Source: Octopus sinensis
Lineage: Eukaryota
Length of the DNA stretch: 64,000 nt
NCBI RefSeq assembly: GCF_006345805.1
Contig: NC_042999.1
Coordinates: 99,262,001 to 99,326,000, forward strand
Direction of reading: 5' to 3'
In this document: positions 40,087-51,811 of the stretch, one piece after another
Numbering within the stretch: position 1 is the first letter of the stretch
Layout: each line of letters opens with the position of its first letter
Position numbers and translations under genes: made by a program
The notes under the pieces: generated by a model
Database searches by the model: none
Told to the model about the DNA's origin: nothing
The model's input: the letters and a program-made list of their open reading frames with translations, nothing else

Positions 40087-40367
40087 GAGGAGCAATGGCC
40101 CAGTGGTTAGGGCAGCGGACTTGCGGTTTCGATTCCCAGGCCGGGCGTTGTGAGTGTTTATTGAGCGAAAACACCTAAAGCTCCACGAGGCTCCAGCACT
40201 GGGGGGGGGGGCGATCCCTGCTGTACTCTTTCGTCACCACTTTCTCTCACGCTTTCATCTGTTGGTCTGCTCGCTTAGCCAGCGGGGTGGCGTCATTTGA
40301 AGGCTAAAACAATGCGAAGCGCATTGTGACCAGCGATGTGTAGCAACATCTAATAGCCTGGTCGGTG
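40087..40367 (+). mobile_element. tRNA-derived SINE, third family
   Basis: A-box ggaggagcaatggcccagtggttagg and B-box-like ggtttcgattccc, followed by a distinct body. Confidence 0.75.
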
Positions 40368-40489
40368 AGTTTATCTGATGCACTACGATTCTGCCAGTTC
40401 GTCACTTATTTAGCTAGGCAATGTCTACCCTACAATTTTTGTCATTTTATTTCCTTTAAAAATAATTACAAAGTTGAGTAAGTGCTCGA

Positions 40490-40491
<2 letters not shown>

Positions 40492-40568
<77 letters not shown>
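40492..40568. repeat. (GA)n microsatellite
   Basis: Directly visible. Confidence 0.95.
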
Positions 40569-40574
<6 letters not shown>

Positions 40575-40799
40575 AAGAATTTCCCTAAGCGTACGCTACA
40601 ATATATTCACCGTGACTAACTGATGAAAATAACTCTGTTTAATGAGGATCGAGTTCTATTTACTAACACTCACTCATATATATTGTTCTGTATGTAACTT
40701 TTTTATTATCAAATACGTCACTACACTACATTCAGAAGATTATATGTAATTGTAATCAAAAGGCAACTTGTTATTGACCTCTGATCTGTTACTTTAAGT

Positions 40800-41095
40800 T
40801 TCATACACTAAAAACAATCCTCAAGCCAAGCCAAGCCATAGCGCTTGCTGTGGTGTCGCAGCCGTGGACAGTGAGCCCAATGGCGCCCAGAGCGAGCTCT
40901 GGTCGCCATAGCGCTCGCTGTTGTGTCACAGCCGTGGATAGTGAGCCCAATGGCGCCCAGAGCTTTGCCCATGACACTCCCTGGACTCTAAGTAAGGCAT
41001 GTGTAAAATTTGAATGAAATTGGCTCTGTAGTTCTCAAGTTTTAGGGATTCACACAGACAGACAGACATGCATTCTCAGTTTCATATATATCGAT
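40800..41095 (+). mobile_element. Helitron-like non-autonomous element 3' part with internal ~70-bp tandem duplication; related copy at ~44070-44345
   Basis: Shared ctaagtaaggcatgtgtaaaatttgaatgaaattgg...gacagacagac...gtttyatatatat. Duplicated ccatagcgc...gagcccaatggcgcccagagc. Confidence 0.55.
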
Positions 41096-41716
41096 ATACT
41101 TGCATTACGAACCTATCGTTGCCGGGTCATAGTGCTAGTGCATGTATATATGTGTATATATATGTGTACATATTACATGTACATCTATATATATACATCT
41201 ACACATAAAATACAACTTACAAAGTTATATCTTAATATCGCTAGTGATAACAATACTCAAAATATATAACAGACTGGAATTGTAGACCCGTCTCTTGCAA
41301 TTTCGATCAATTGGATCTTGTCCTCCCTCTTGTATAGAAGTGTGGCTACAATCTAGCCTACCTCTATATCCCAGATATAAAGGTAAAAATAAAATATTTC
41401 CACTTTGCAAGGTTCGAGTCGAGTACTCCCTTGCACGCTCCGTTGACTCGAACCTTGCTTGTATTGTGGCGAATTTACCGCGTCTGGTTAGCTATCTTTC
41501 ATAGTCGCACCAAGACACTTTTCGACTGTGGGCCGGTAGCTGTGTACAGTCGCTCCAATGTCGCCCAGAGCGAGCTCTGGTTAGTCTGAGGCTATATCAG
41601 AAGACACATGCCAAGTTACCACACAGCCACACTTGCCCCTGTGTGTGCGGGTAGGTGGGTGTATCGGTATGTGTGTATGGGTGTATATATGTATGCATGT
41701 ATATATGTGTATATAT

Positions 41717-41787
<71 letters not shown>

Positions 41788-42070
41788 ACATCTATATATA
41801 CATCTAGACATGCATGTTTACATATACATTTATATCTATAGAAATACATCTATACATATACAGCTATACATATACATCAGTATATATACATGTATTTATA
41901 TATATGTATATATATATATTTTTTATATATATATACATGTATGTATATATATTTTTATATATATATACATGTATGTATATATATTTTTATATATATACAT
42001 ATTACTAGTCGCCATGATAGATCGTAAGCCACTACACACATTTTTTTCTCTTCTTGTTTTTTCTGTCACC

Positions 42071-42106
42071 CTTTCTGTAGAAGAGCATAGGTTCGAAACG
42101 TAAAAG
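42071..42106 (+). ncRNA. Minimal hammerhead-like motif (A6U core, extra A after A9)
   Basis: CTTT-CTGTAGA-A-GAGC-ATAG-GTTC-GAAAC-GT-A-AAAG. Helix I CTTT/AAAG, palindromic helix III ACGT. Confidence 0.5.
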
Positions 42107-42192
42107 ACTTTTTCTATTCCTGAGCGTCGTACTAATACATCTATTTGTTTTGTACACCACCTGTCTTCATCTTTTGTTTTTTCGTAAACTCT

Positions 42193-42289
<97 letters not shown>

Positions 42290-42559
42290 ATAGTATGATG
42301 CAATAGCAGAAGACACATGCCAAGTCACCACACAGTGGGACTGAACTGAGGACCAAGTGTTTTGGAACCAAGTTTGTTGCTGCACCTGTGTGCGTGGGTG
42401 GGTGGGCGTAACTGTATGAGTGTATATATGTATGCATGTATATATGTGTATATATATATGTGTACATATTACATGTACATCTATATATACATCTAGACAT
42501 ACATGTTTACATATACATGTATATCTATCGAAATACAGCTATACATATACATCAGTATA

Positions 42560-42850
42560 TATACATGTATATATATATATATGTATATATATATATGTAT
42601 GTATATGTATGTATATGTATGTATATGTATATATATGTATGTATATGTATGTATATGTATATATATGTATGTATATATATATATGTATATATATATGTAT
42701 CTATGTATATATATATATATGTATATATATATATGTATATGTATATATATGTATATATATATATGTATGTATGTATCTATATATGTGTATGTATATATAT
42801 ATATGTATACATATGTATATATATGTATATATGTATGTATATATATGTAT

Positions 42851-42890
<40 letters not shown>

Positions 42891-43137
42891 TTGTATATAT
42901 ATATATGTATATATGTGTGTGTATGTGTATGTATGTGCGTATGTATGTATGTATATGTGTGTATATATATATATGTGTGTATATATATATGTGTGTATAT
43001 ATATATATGTGTGTATATATATATGTATGTTCATCTGTATATATGTATGTATATATGTATATATATATGTATGCATATGTATGTATGCATATGTATGTAT
43101 ATGTATATATCTATATATGTATATATGTATATACATA
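42560..43137. repeat. ~580-bp compound (TA/TG/TATG)n microsatellite
   Basis: Directly visible. Source of the 220-250 aa Y/I/C/M ORFs. Confidence 0.95.
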
Positions 43138-43138
43138 T

Positions 43139-43320
43139 TGCCCACTGGATTCCTCAAATCATATAGGCTAGTTTGAAGATTGCCTCACAAAAATTAAAGA
43201 TATCCTCATGAATCTGGAACACCACGTGACCATATTTCTTATGGGTGATTTCAACTTCCCCATCGTCAAATGGTTCGAAGGTCTCATACTCTCAGGAATG
43301 AATCATTGCACGCAAGTACG
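43139..43320 (+). mobile_element. LINE APE-endonuclease fragment
   Basis: [34 protein letters not shown] (GDFN motif). Confidence 0.75.
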
Positions 43321-43863
43321 GGTGGAGTCCAAGTTATATCTTGATATCGGTAGTGATAACAATACTCAAAATATATAACAGACTGGAATTGTAGGCTCGT
43401 CTCTTGCAATTTCTATCAATTGGATCTTGTCCTCCCTCTTGTACGGCTGCAGCGAAATTCATTTTTGGACTTTCCGCTATCGAAGGCATTATAACAAAAA
43501 TGCTTCCGTAAAGACAGTGAAAATATTGTCAATTTCCCCAAACAGGGACACAATACAATTTTTAACCAACAACCAAAGCCCCTTCTCCGAAAGGGGGCGG
43601 GGGGTACGGTTTAAAATTATTTAACAAATGCAACACAACAACGTTTCCCTGACGAAGAACCAACAAACGTGATTACAATAGCCAAACAGTAATATATATA
43701 TATATGTGTATATATATGTATGTGTATATGTATATGTGTATATATGTATATATATGTATATATGTATATATATATGTATGTATGTATGTATTAATTTATT
43801 CCCATTTATGTGAAACCACTTATTCAAGTTCAAGTCATTGATGCAATTTTATACGACTTGCTA

Positions 43864-43898
<35 letters not shown>

Positions 43899-45189
43899 AC
43901 ACACACACACACACAATAAGGGGGAAAAATTGAATATTAATTTGATTAATATGAATTGAAAACCAGTGGTGTAGCATATAAGACCATAGCGGATTTTCTT
44001 CTAGCAAAATGGATGACCACTGTTAATGGTTCATTCCTGTTATATAATACTTTCACTTTAATAGTTTCAGTATTAAAGTGAATGTCTGCATTACAATGGA
44101 GAGATGTTTTTGTTTCACCTTTAACACGTAATACTGAAATAGTGGAGAAGATATGATATTGCTGTGGGGTCGCCCTAGGGAAAAAGTTAAGATTTGTTTT
44201 GCCGATGATACTCCCCGGACCTTAAGTAAGGCATGTGTAAAATTTGAATGAAATTGGTTGTGTAGTTCTCAAGTTTTAGGGAAACACACAGATAGACAGA
44301 CAGACTGAGAGACACACATTCTTAGTTTTATATATATAGAGATGTTACACGTAAAATAATTTTGTTTAAGCTTATTTTTTGTTAAACGTTAAATAGAAAA
44401 AATACATGGACACAGAACGACCTTTATCATCAGTTGTACAGAGTTAGAGCAAAGAATATCTAAAAATGTTTAAATAGCTTCCAAATGAGAATATTTGGGC
44501 CTCCATTTGTGAGTTCTGGTCGGGGGGATACTTTAACTTGGCCTCCTCGTAGTAGATTTAAAAGGAAACGCAGCTTCTATGAAACTTTAAGAAACTACAA
44601 CTACGACAACTTGTATTCAAACTCCAACTAAACGTGTCGAGTGCTATGATCTTTCAGCTTTCATTTGTTCATTCGTTCATATATATGTGTGTATGTGTTT
44701 TTATATCCCATACATCACTCACACAAACATACACACATGCACGCACACGTAGCTAGAAATTTTTTAGCAACTTATTTTAAGTTTATACACAGCTGTACAA
44801 AAAGTATTTATAATAATTTATAATAACGTATCAATTATATCTCACATTGCAAGAGCAGTTATTGTGGCATATTGTAGAAATGAAGAGTTATGATCTCTTG
44901 GTAGACTATATTTCTTGTTTCCAGAATGCAGATAAAAGAAATACAACGAATGTTAGGTGAACGATAGTTCAACTGATAATTTTAACATTACTGGCTTGGT
45001 GTATGTTAGTTGCGTGTCGTTCCATAATAAACCAAACGAGTGTATAGTTGAAATAAATTTGTTATTAAGGTAATTGCAACATTTACATTTATACATGAAA
45101 GTTTTCCAGTTGTTGCCAGTAGTGTATTTTAGAAAGCAAGAATCGAGCTAAGTTGAAATTAAATTACGAATAGAAAAGATTAGTATTGC

Positions 45190-45400
45190 TTGAGAGGCGG
45201 GAACAGTGTTTGATCGTCATAACTGAGACAATCCTTTTTACTCCTTACTCCGGGTTGAATTTCAGCAAAGGAAAACTCATTGCTGTAAAGGTTAGGCTTG
45301 TGCTTCGAAGGGCCGCGCGCTGATTGATTTTGGCGGGAACATCTAGAAACACGTAGATTGTTCTGCTGTTTGGCGTGATATTTCTGCTGTCTGATTGGTT
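45190..45400. promoter_or_regulatory. Candidate promoter with E2F-like sites and a reverse CCAAT box
   Basis: GGCGGGAA at 45196, TTTTGGCGGGAA at 45328-45339, CCGCGCG near 45313, CTGATTGGTT at 45391, all in a repeat-free CpG-richer stretch. Confidence 0.35.
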
Positions 45401-45884
45401 GATAACCTGACCTGAATGTAATTTTACACTGGTAACCGAAAATTTGAGGTTTCGATTCTAGGTCTCACTACAACATTAAATGGACTATTGTTGATTATAT
45501 TAGCCTTTAGATGAACTGTTCGGAATATTGTCGGCCATTTGACATAGAGCGCTAACATATAAATAATACAGCCATTTAAGCAGAAGATATTTTCTGTATG
45601 TGCAGCCATGCAAATAAGTTCTCTTTAATGAATTGTGAATCGCACCCAATTATTTCAATGATTTTTAACTGTAATAGCAACCAAACATTTTATAGAATAT
45701 TATCAGACATTTTACATTATGACGCTATAGGATGCTGAATTTAGTGTTTTTGCGTCGTAGAATTCTTTTGTTAATGTACTATTCGGTACACTCGCAGATG
45801 TTTTTTCTTTACGATAACAGTCGCTCTTGTGCATTACATATGTAAACATACAAACACACGTAAATGAATACATATGTGTGTGTG

Positions 45885-45934
<50 letters not shown>

Positions 45935-45940
45935 TGTGTG

Positions 45941-46750
45941 ATTATTCAGTTTATTTTAAGATTTCTTGCCAATAGAGAAAGAACCAGTTTCTAACCTAGG
46001 TCCAAGGTTCCTTCATTGGAATTTCAACATCAACAACATGGTATTTTTGTATGTATGTATGTATGTTTGTATGTGCAGATTTGTGTTTTATGTATACTCA
46101 TGCTTATAGTTGCATATCTAGACATGCTCGTATATATTTTAAATGATAAATTTCTGGTAAGTTTTACAGATTTTTACAGTTCCTGTGATGGATTGGATCT
46201 GTAGAATTCAAGTTAGCTTTCTCCTGGTCCTGAGAAGCCCAGTTTCTCAAGATTGGTATTTAGGCAGTGTGTTACATATCCCAGGGTCCCAATAATTACA
46301 GGTATAAACCTCAACTTGTGATCTGGATAGAGTAACTGCAGATTTCTCAATAGTTCAGCATAGGTGTTCTCTTTTACTCTGAGCTTCAGCTTTATGTTAA
46401 CATCTGCTGGACAGCTAATTTCCGCAACTGTGCACAGTTTCTCTTCTCTATCCCAAATCATTGTATCAGGTCTGTTGTGCTTACATTTTATTGAGGTCTT
46501 CTCTGGTATATTCCACTACTATTCCATTTTATTATGAGTGGCTAGGGCTTCTACCGTATTGTGGGATTTTATGATATTTCTCCTCCGGATTACCCTTCCG
46601 ACGGATTTCATTATAGAGTGACCTATCTACAATGTCATGTCCCATCGGTAGATAATACTGTGATGACATTTTTGGACAACTGCTTATGATGTAGGTGATA
46701 TCTTCAGTGTGAACTCCACAAAGTCTTAAAATATAACACAAGTCTTAACA
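45941..46750 (-). mobile_element. RLE-type non-LTR retrotransposon 3' end (CCHC knuckle plus restriction-like endonuclease)
   Basis: LCGVHTEDITYIISSCPKM..YY..HDIV; IWDREEKLCTVAEISCPADVN..KENTYAELL. The 3' end aaactgaataat abuts (CA)n. Confidence 0.85.
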
Positions 46751-46789
46751 TATAAATACGTTAATGAGGACAGATTATCTCCCCTGAAT

Positions 46790-47811
46790 CAGAAGATAAA
46801 ACAACCCTTATAGACCCGGAAAATACTAACCAGTAAACAGGGAATTCCAATTTTCCAGTTGGTAGCTCTTGAAGTGAACACATTTACAAAAATACTTTAC
46901 GACTATTTAACACGCGAAACTTAGTATACTCCTTAAGAATTTTGACTCTCTTTGCGATGCAGATTTTGCAACGGCCACTCCTAATATATGGGGCTGGATG
47001 ATCTATTATTTTCCACCTGATATCACATGGGGTCGCTTGATCTTTGAGGTGCCACACATGATGGGCCAGGGGCGTGACAAACTGTCTTTCTGGGACTCTG
47101 AAGGATGACTGCTGGTTGCGGAAGCAACGCTTGGAAGATGTACTGGCTGATCCTATATAGATACAAACTTGGGATGTGGCTATATTCGCACTCCTGGTAT
47201 ATCTCTGATAAGCTCTGGGTCAAGGGATGCTGTTGGTAACAGTGTTGCTGACGCTGTCGATATGGCGCAATGATCCGGCGGTGCTATTGCCGTGGGGGCT
47301 GATCATCCCATCGGTGTCGACGATAATTGTTTGGTCATCATTTGTGGCGGTGATACTGGGAAATCCATCATCATCTCTAAGTGTGGCGATTGTACTGGTG
47401 GTAACATAAGGTGCGAGAATGGTCACTCTATCTGTGTCTATGACAATAGTTTGTTCATCATCTGTGGTGGTGGTACTGGGATTTTCGGTTGCGTCCTCTG
47501 TGACACTGGTCCCGGACTGGTCATCATCTCTGGCTGTGGCGATTGTACTGGCGTGAGATCTGGTTAATCTGCTAATATTGCTGTCAGGTGGTACATTGCT
47601 GGTAATGCGGATAGCAGGTCTAGGTGTCACCGTAGCTTCATAGATGACTCATCTAGCCTCGCATTGGCTTCCTATTGGACAGTTATTATATACTCTGCAA
47701 GAACAACCTGCCTCTTCCCTTGTATTGTGGTACTTGTTAAAATGTTTTTTATGTTAGGTGCACAACTACAGGAGACTCTTAGGTTGTGCCTGCTAAATAA
47801 TTGCTTGTATC

Positions 47812-47842
<31 letters not shown>

Positions 47843-48608
47843 TGTTTGTCTACTAATCTAAGGAAAATCCTTCCCACACAAGTCTTGACGTTGAGCGAGA
47901 AGGGTGGAGCAAACCAAACGACGTTTTTGCGGCGCTTCCTTTTCCGGGTGCTATGGCTTGGCATGTAGGAAATGCGGTCATTAAACCCACTCGATGCCAG
48001 TGCCTCATTTTAGTAGGTGGAAGTGGCGTTGAAGATATCTTGGCTAGAGGATAGTTTCGAGATCCTCTTGCCTACACCTTTCACTAGGTTCTTGAAAATG
48101 ATAGGGAGTGGGGGTGGTAGGAGGCTGTGCTAATATAGAACAGCCTCTCGTTTGGCTTGTGATAGGACCTGTATGGTATGTACCAGAGCCCAGGTCTAAA
48201 GTAACATCTAAAAAAATCTACAGTAGTGAGATTAGTCTCAATGGTGATCTTGAGACCCATTGAGCCTAAGGTGCTAATTAGGTCCTTTCTAAGTCTATCT
48301 AGTGGGGGCCCGTCGGCTTCTCTAGAGATAGCTAGGGAATCATCTCTGTAGCGACCGAAGAGGATCGAAGGAAAACTCTCCCCTAAGATGTCCAGGTTGT
48401 TCAGTCCGGTAAGATCACAGAAACCGCGCCACATCAAAGTATCTTCATCAATAACTTTCGAAATTGATGGATAAAAGTCAACAATGTCGAACTGTGTAAA
48501 CCTAGACCTGCCTCTGTCCCAGTTGGCAATAAACCATGAGGTTACATCATTGGTACTGCGCCATAGCGAGGCTCGTATTCCTTCTTATGTCATCATTAAT
48601 CTTTCTCA

Positions 48609-48656
<48 letters not shown>

Positions 48657-49540
48657 TGTTTTTTTTCCAATTGCATGAACTAAGAGTCGGAGGAGGACGG
48701 GATAAACTACCTGCATCAACTTGCTATAAAAGCAGGTAGTAATTTTACCTTTTACTTATTCTTAGTGCAAGTTTTGAAGAGTTCAGTTCGATTTTAACAG
48801 CTATTTTTTCAAAGCTATAATGGAAGAGACAAAGGAGAATATTTGGCATATTTTGCTTTATGGGTTCAAAAAAAGGAAACAACGCAGGGGAAAAAGCGAG
48901 GAATATTAGTGCAGTATATGGGGTCGGACAATAAGCGTCACCATTGTCAACGGTGGTTCCAGAAATTCCGAGTTAATTATAAGTGTGTGGGGAAGCGCGT
49001 CTGTATCTTTGTGTAATAGAATCATTTAAAAGCCTATCGTAAGTGTATGTGTCTATCATGTATAAGTCTTATCCGAGAAGATTAAGGACCTGTTAGAGTT
49101 TCTTATTTTTTGTGTATCTTCACGAAGTTTGCTTTGAAAAGGGAAAAAGGACTTACGGAATTTCAACCTGAGTATTATGTCCAGTAGGTCTACTTCGAAG
49201 GCCTCGAGTTCCATGATCCTAGGTGGGAATTTCCTAGACTTTCCGTAAGTATTGGTCTCGGAAGATGGCTTGCTTTGATCATATAAAAACACCTTCCATC
49301 TCATGCGCCTTATAAGGTCAGTCATCATTTTCTCCAGTAACATTTTCGTATAGACCTCATTGGAAGGTATTGGGATATTTTTGTAGAATGTCCTATATCG
49401 AAACGTTCCATGTTATCCTTGGTGTAGCAATTGATAATATGTAGGGGCGCAGGGATTGGTACAGTTATCAAACGCAGACGATGTAGTGCACTTCGTAAAA
49501 TACTCTGTAACCGCGTCACAAATAGACAGTCAATAATATA
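46790..49540 (-). mobile_element. Near-full-length degraded Penelope-like element
   Basis: MERFDIGHSTK-NIPIPS..LIRRMRWK; RT motif GRYRDD; KPNE..YI..S.HP; RKNVVWFAPPFSLNVKT; CSCR..CP; VIY...YIG; CKIC..K..IL..LNSR. Interrupted by (TG)n at ~47810 and an insertion at ~48600-48990. Confidence 0.9.
48820..48975 (+). mobile_element. Mariner N-terminal fragment inserted in the PLE
   Basis: MEETKENIWHILLY..KKGNNAGEKARNISAVYG...RWFQKFR (mariner HTH). Confidence 0.75.
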
Positions 49541-49660
49541 TATATATATAAGCAAAGTAGCTAGTTAGAAAATTTCTGTGAGATGAAAGTAGTAACTATA
49601 CTGAGAAGTAACATCTCACGAGCTGGAGTTAATTCCTGCTATCTCTAGCTTCAGGGTGTT

Positions 49661-49707
49661 CACCACTGACGATGGACACAAATAGCCCGAAACTATTCAG
49701 TCTGGTG
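49661..49707 (+). ncRNA. Type I hammerhead ribozyme (canonical core, GUC triplet)
   Basis: CACCA-CTGACGA-T-GGAC-ACAAATA-GCCC-GAAACT-ATTC-AGTC-TGGTG. Helix I is 5 bp, helix III 3 bp, helix II has one mismatch. Confidence 0.75.
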
Positions 49708-50175
49708 ATTTTATTGTCTGCTAGAAGGTAGAGGTTCGCTCCCTTGCTTGCAATATATACCGGGAGCAGGATGCATAGATAACAAACCGGAGGAGGCCCT
49801 TCCTGGAGTTAAAAACGGTAGTAACGTCAAACAGCCATATAGTTGTGGCCACACACACACACACACACACGCACACACACACACACACACACACAACACA
49901 CACACACACACACACACATACACACACTCTCTCACTCTCACTCATCCATGTATGTATATACATATCTATTTGTATAAACGTCTCTGCAGTTTGCATCAGC
50001 GAAATTATATTCACAAGGCTGTAGCCAATACAATCTATCGCGGAAGAAATTTCCTCCAGATGTCAAGCAGTGGTACTGAACTTAAAACCACGTGATTATA
50101 AACCGAACTTCTAAATATGTGTGTATGTGTGTGTGTGTGTGCGTGTATACATACATACATACATACATACATACA

Positions 50176-50211
<36 letters not shown>

Positions 50212-50224
50212 TGTGTGTGTGTGT

Positions 50225-50255
<31 letters not shown>

Positions 50256-50452
50256 AGCACGCGTGTGTGCATGCACGTGTATATGAGTAGGTGTAGGCGT
50301 TTGTATATTCGTATCTGTGTGTAGTGTTATAGACGGTTTCTTCCGGTACAGTTATGGAAATTATGAAAGCTATGTTCAATAGCTCTCGCTCGCATTTATG
50401 TCACCATCAACGATAATGTTGTGACAACGGCGAAAATCAAAGTCTTTCTTAC

Positions 50453-50525
50453 AGATCGTATTGATCGGCATGGATGCTAAAATTCTTGTTGCTGCATGTC
50501 TCTCTTTCCTTTTCACAACTACTGT
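50453..50525 (-). CDS. Candidate exon (SSCEKERETCSNKNFSIHADQYD)
   Basis: catcatcttcag| acceptor, |GTAAGA donor. Phase-compatible with 51253-51378. Confidence 0.3.
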
Positions 50526-51095
50526 CTGAAGATGATGATGTTTAGAATCTAGCTATACAAGTTTTTTTTTATATAATTTTATTTTTTGTGATTTTTTTAT
50601 TGTAATGTTGGTAGTTAATTCTTTTTGGATTGAAATGTTTTTAGCCTTCCATATAGTTTATCCAATTAATACACAATTTAGTGAGGAAACAAGTAGCTAC
50701 AAGAAATGCCACAAGTATTGTTCGGCAGTAGAAAACAGGATATGTCTTATCACGATTCCTCTCATCCACCGTACATTCAACGCCATTGATGTTGGGATCT
50801 GAAGAAAGTATTGATCTTCTGCCAGAGATAACGGCCATGATGGACAAAAAAGTAGATAAAATAAAATAAAATAAAATGGAAAACGATAAAACTGATGTAA
50901 TTCACAATAGTCTGACTTTGTGCCGAAGAAACTTATAGAATGGCTTCCAAACTTAAAAACAGAATATCTATCAAAGTCTACACAGATGAGCTTGGCAGCT
51001 GATGCCATGATGGTAATAGGTTTAATAAAACGTAGTAGTCTGTATGATAAAGCAGCACCAAGCAAATAAAATCAAATATTTCAACTGTCATTGAA

Positions 51096-51170
51096 GACGC
51101 GTAGCCGAGTGGTTAGAGCCTTATGTCTGCCTAATCGTTAAGTGGACATAAGGTCGGGTTCAGTTACTGG
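51096..51170 (+). pseudogene. Degenerate tRNA-Ser(GCT)-like sequence / SINE head
   Basis: A-box TAGCCGAGTGGTT, anticodon-like CTGC(C)TAATC, B-box-like GGGTTC. The cloverleaf is not intact. Confidence 0.3.
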
Positions 51171-51252
51171 GCAGAGTGGCGTATTATAATATGGTGGTGT
51201 ACTATTATAAATAAAAAAACAACCAAAGGTCCTTCCCGAGCTAAAATCTTAC

Positions 51253-51378
51253 AAGGCCGATTTTCCAATTTCTTTTGCTGCAAAGGCATCAGGACGTCCG
51301 GTTGAAGGTATTGGCAACTTTCGTCGTCGTCCGGGGCGTTATGTGTTAGTAAGCGTCTCTTTACGTGTTTGGGGTTTT
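51253..51378 (-). CDS. Candidate 126-bp phase 1/1 exon (ENPKHVKRRLLTHNAPDDDESCQYLQPDVLMPLQQKKLENRP)
   Basis: cactatttgtatttag| acceptor, |GTAAGA donor. GC-richer than flanks, open frame, protein-like. Confidence 0.45.
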
Positions 51379-51811
51379 CTAAATACAAATAGTGAATAGG
51401 ATAAATGTCAAATATTGTAAGAATCCTTTAAAATGTGATACAAACATACAATTTGGCACACCTATAGTTTAAAACATGCTCTTTAAGATAGGCATGATAG
51501 CTAACGTGAAAATCGAAAATGGCGGCCTTCACAACCTCTCTCATCAACGGTTACATACGCACTGCATCTGCCACACCGAACTACTGTTGATTTAGCATAA
51601 TGAGGCATAAATGCATTCAAACACAAATGCACACGTATTCAACTTTTATTATTAAAAATATGTATATAAATTAAGTTATTATATGTATGTTTATGAATTT
51701 ACAATTAGAAATAACATAAATAACCATATTGTTTCAGAGTCTTTCAAGGCTGTTTGTTCTATTTTTATAACAATACCCTTAGACATTGTAACATATTATC
51801 ATGCCTAATAT

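Noticed and set aside
42420-43176. 220-250 aa ORFs rich in Y/I/C/M/V, and similar ORFs at 20126-20540, 26866-27287, 53484-54159, 59392-59894 and 60736-61000
   Set aside because: Translations of (TA)n/(TG)n/(CATA)n microsatellites, which lack stop codons by composition.
44484-44632. 48-codon plus-strand ORF MRIFGPPFVSSGRGDTLTWPPRSRFKRKRS...
   Set aside because: Short, not recognised, and without clear splice signals.
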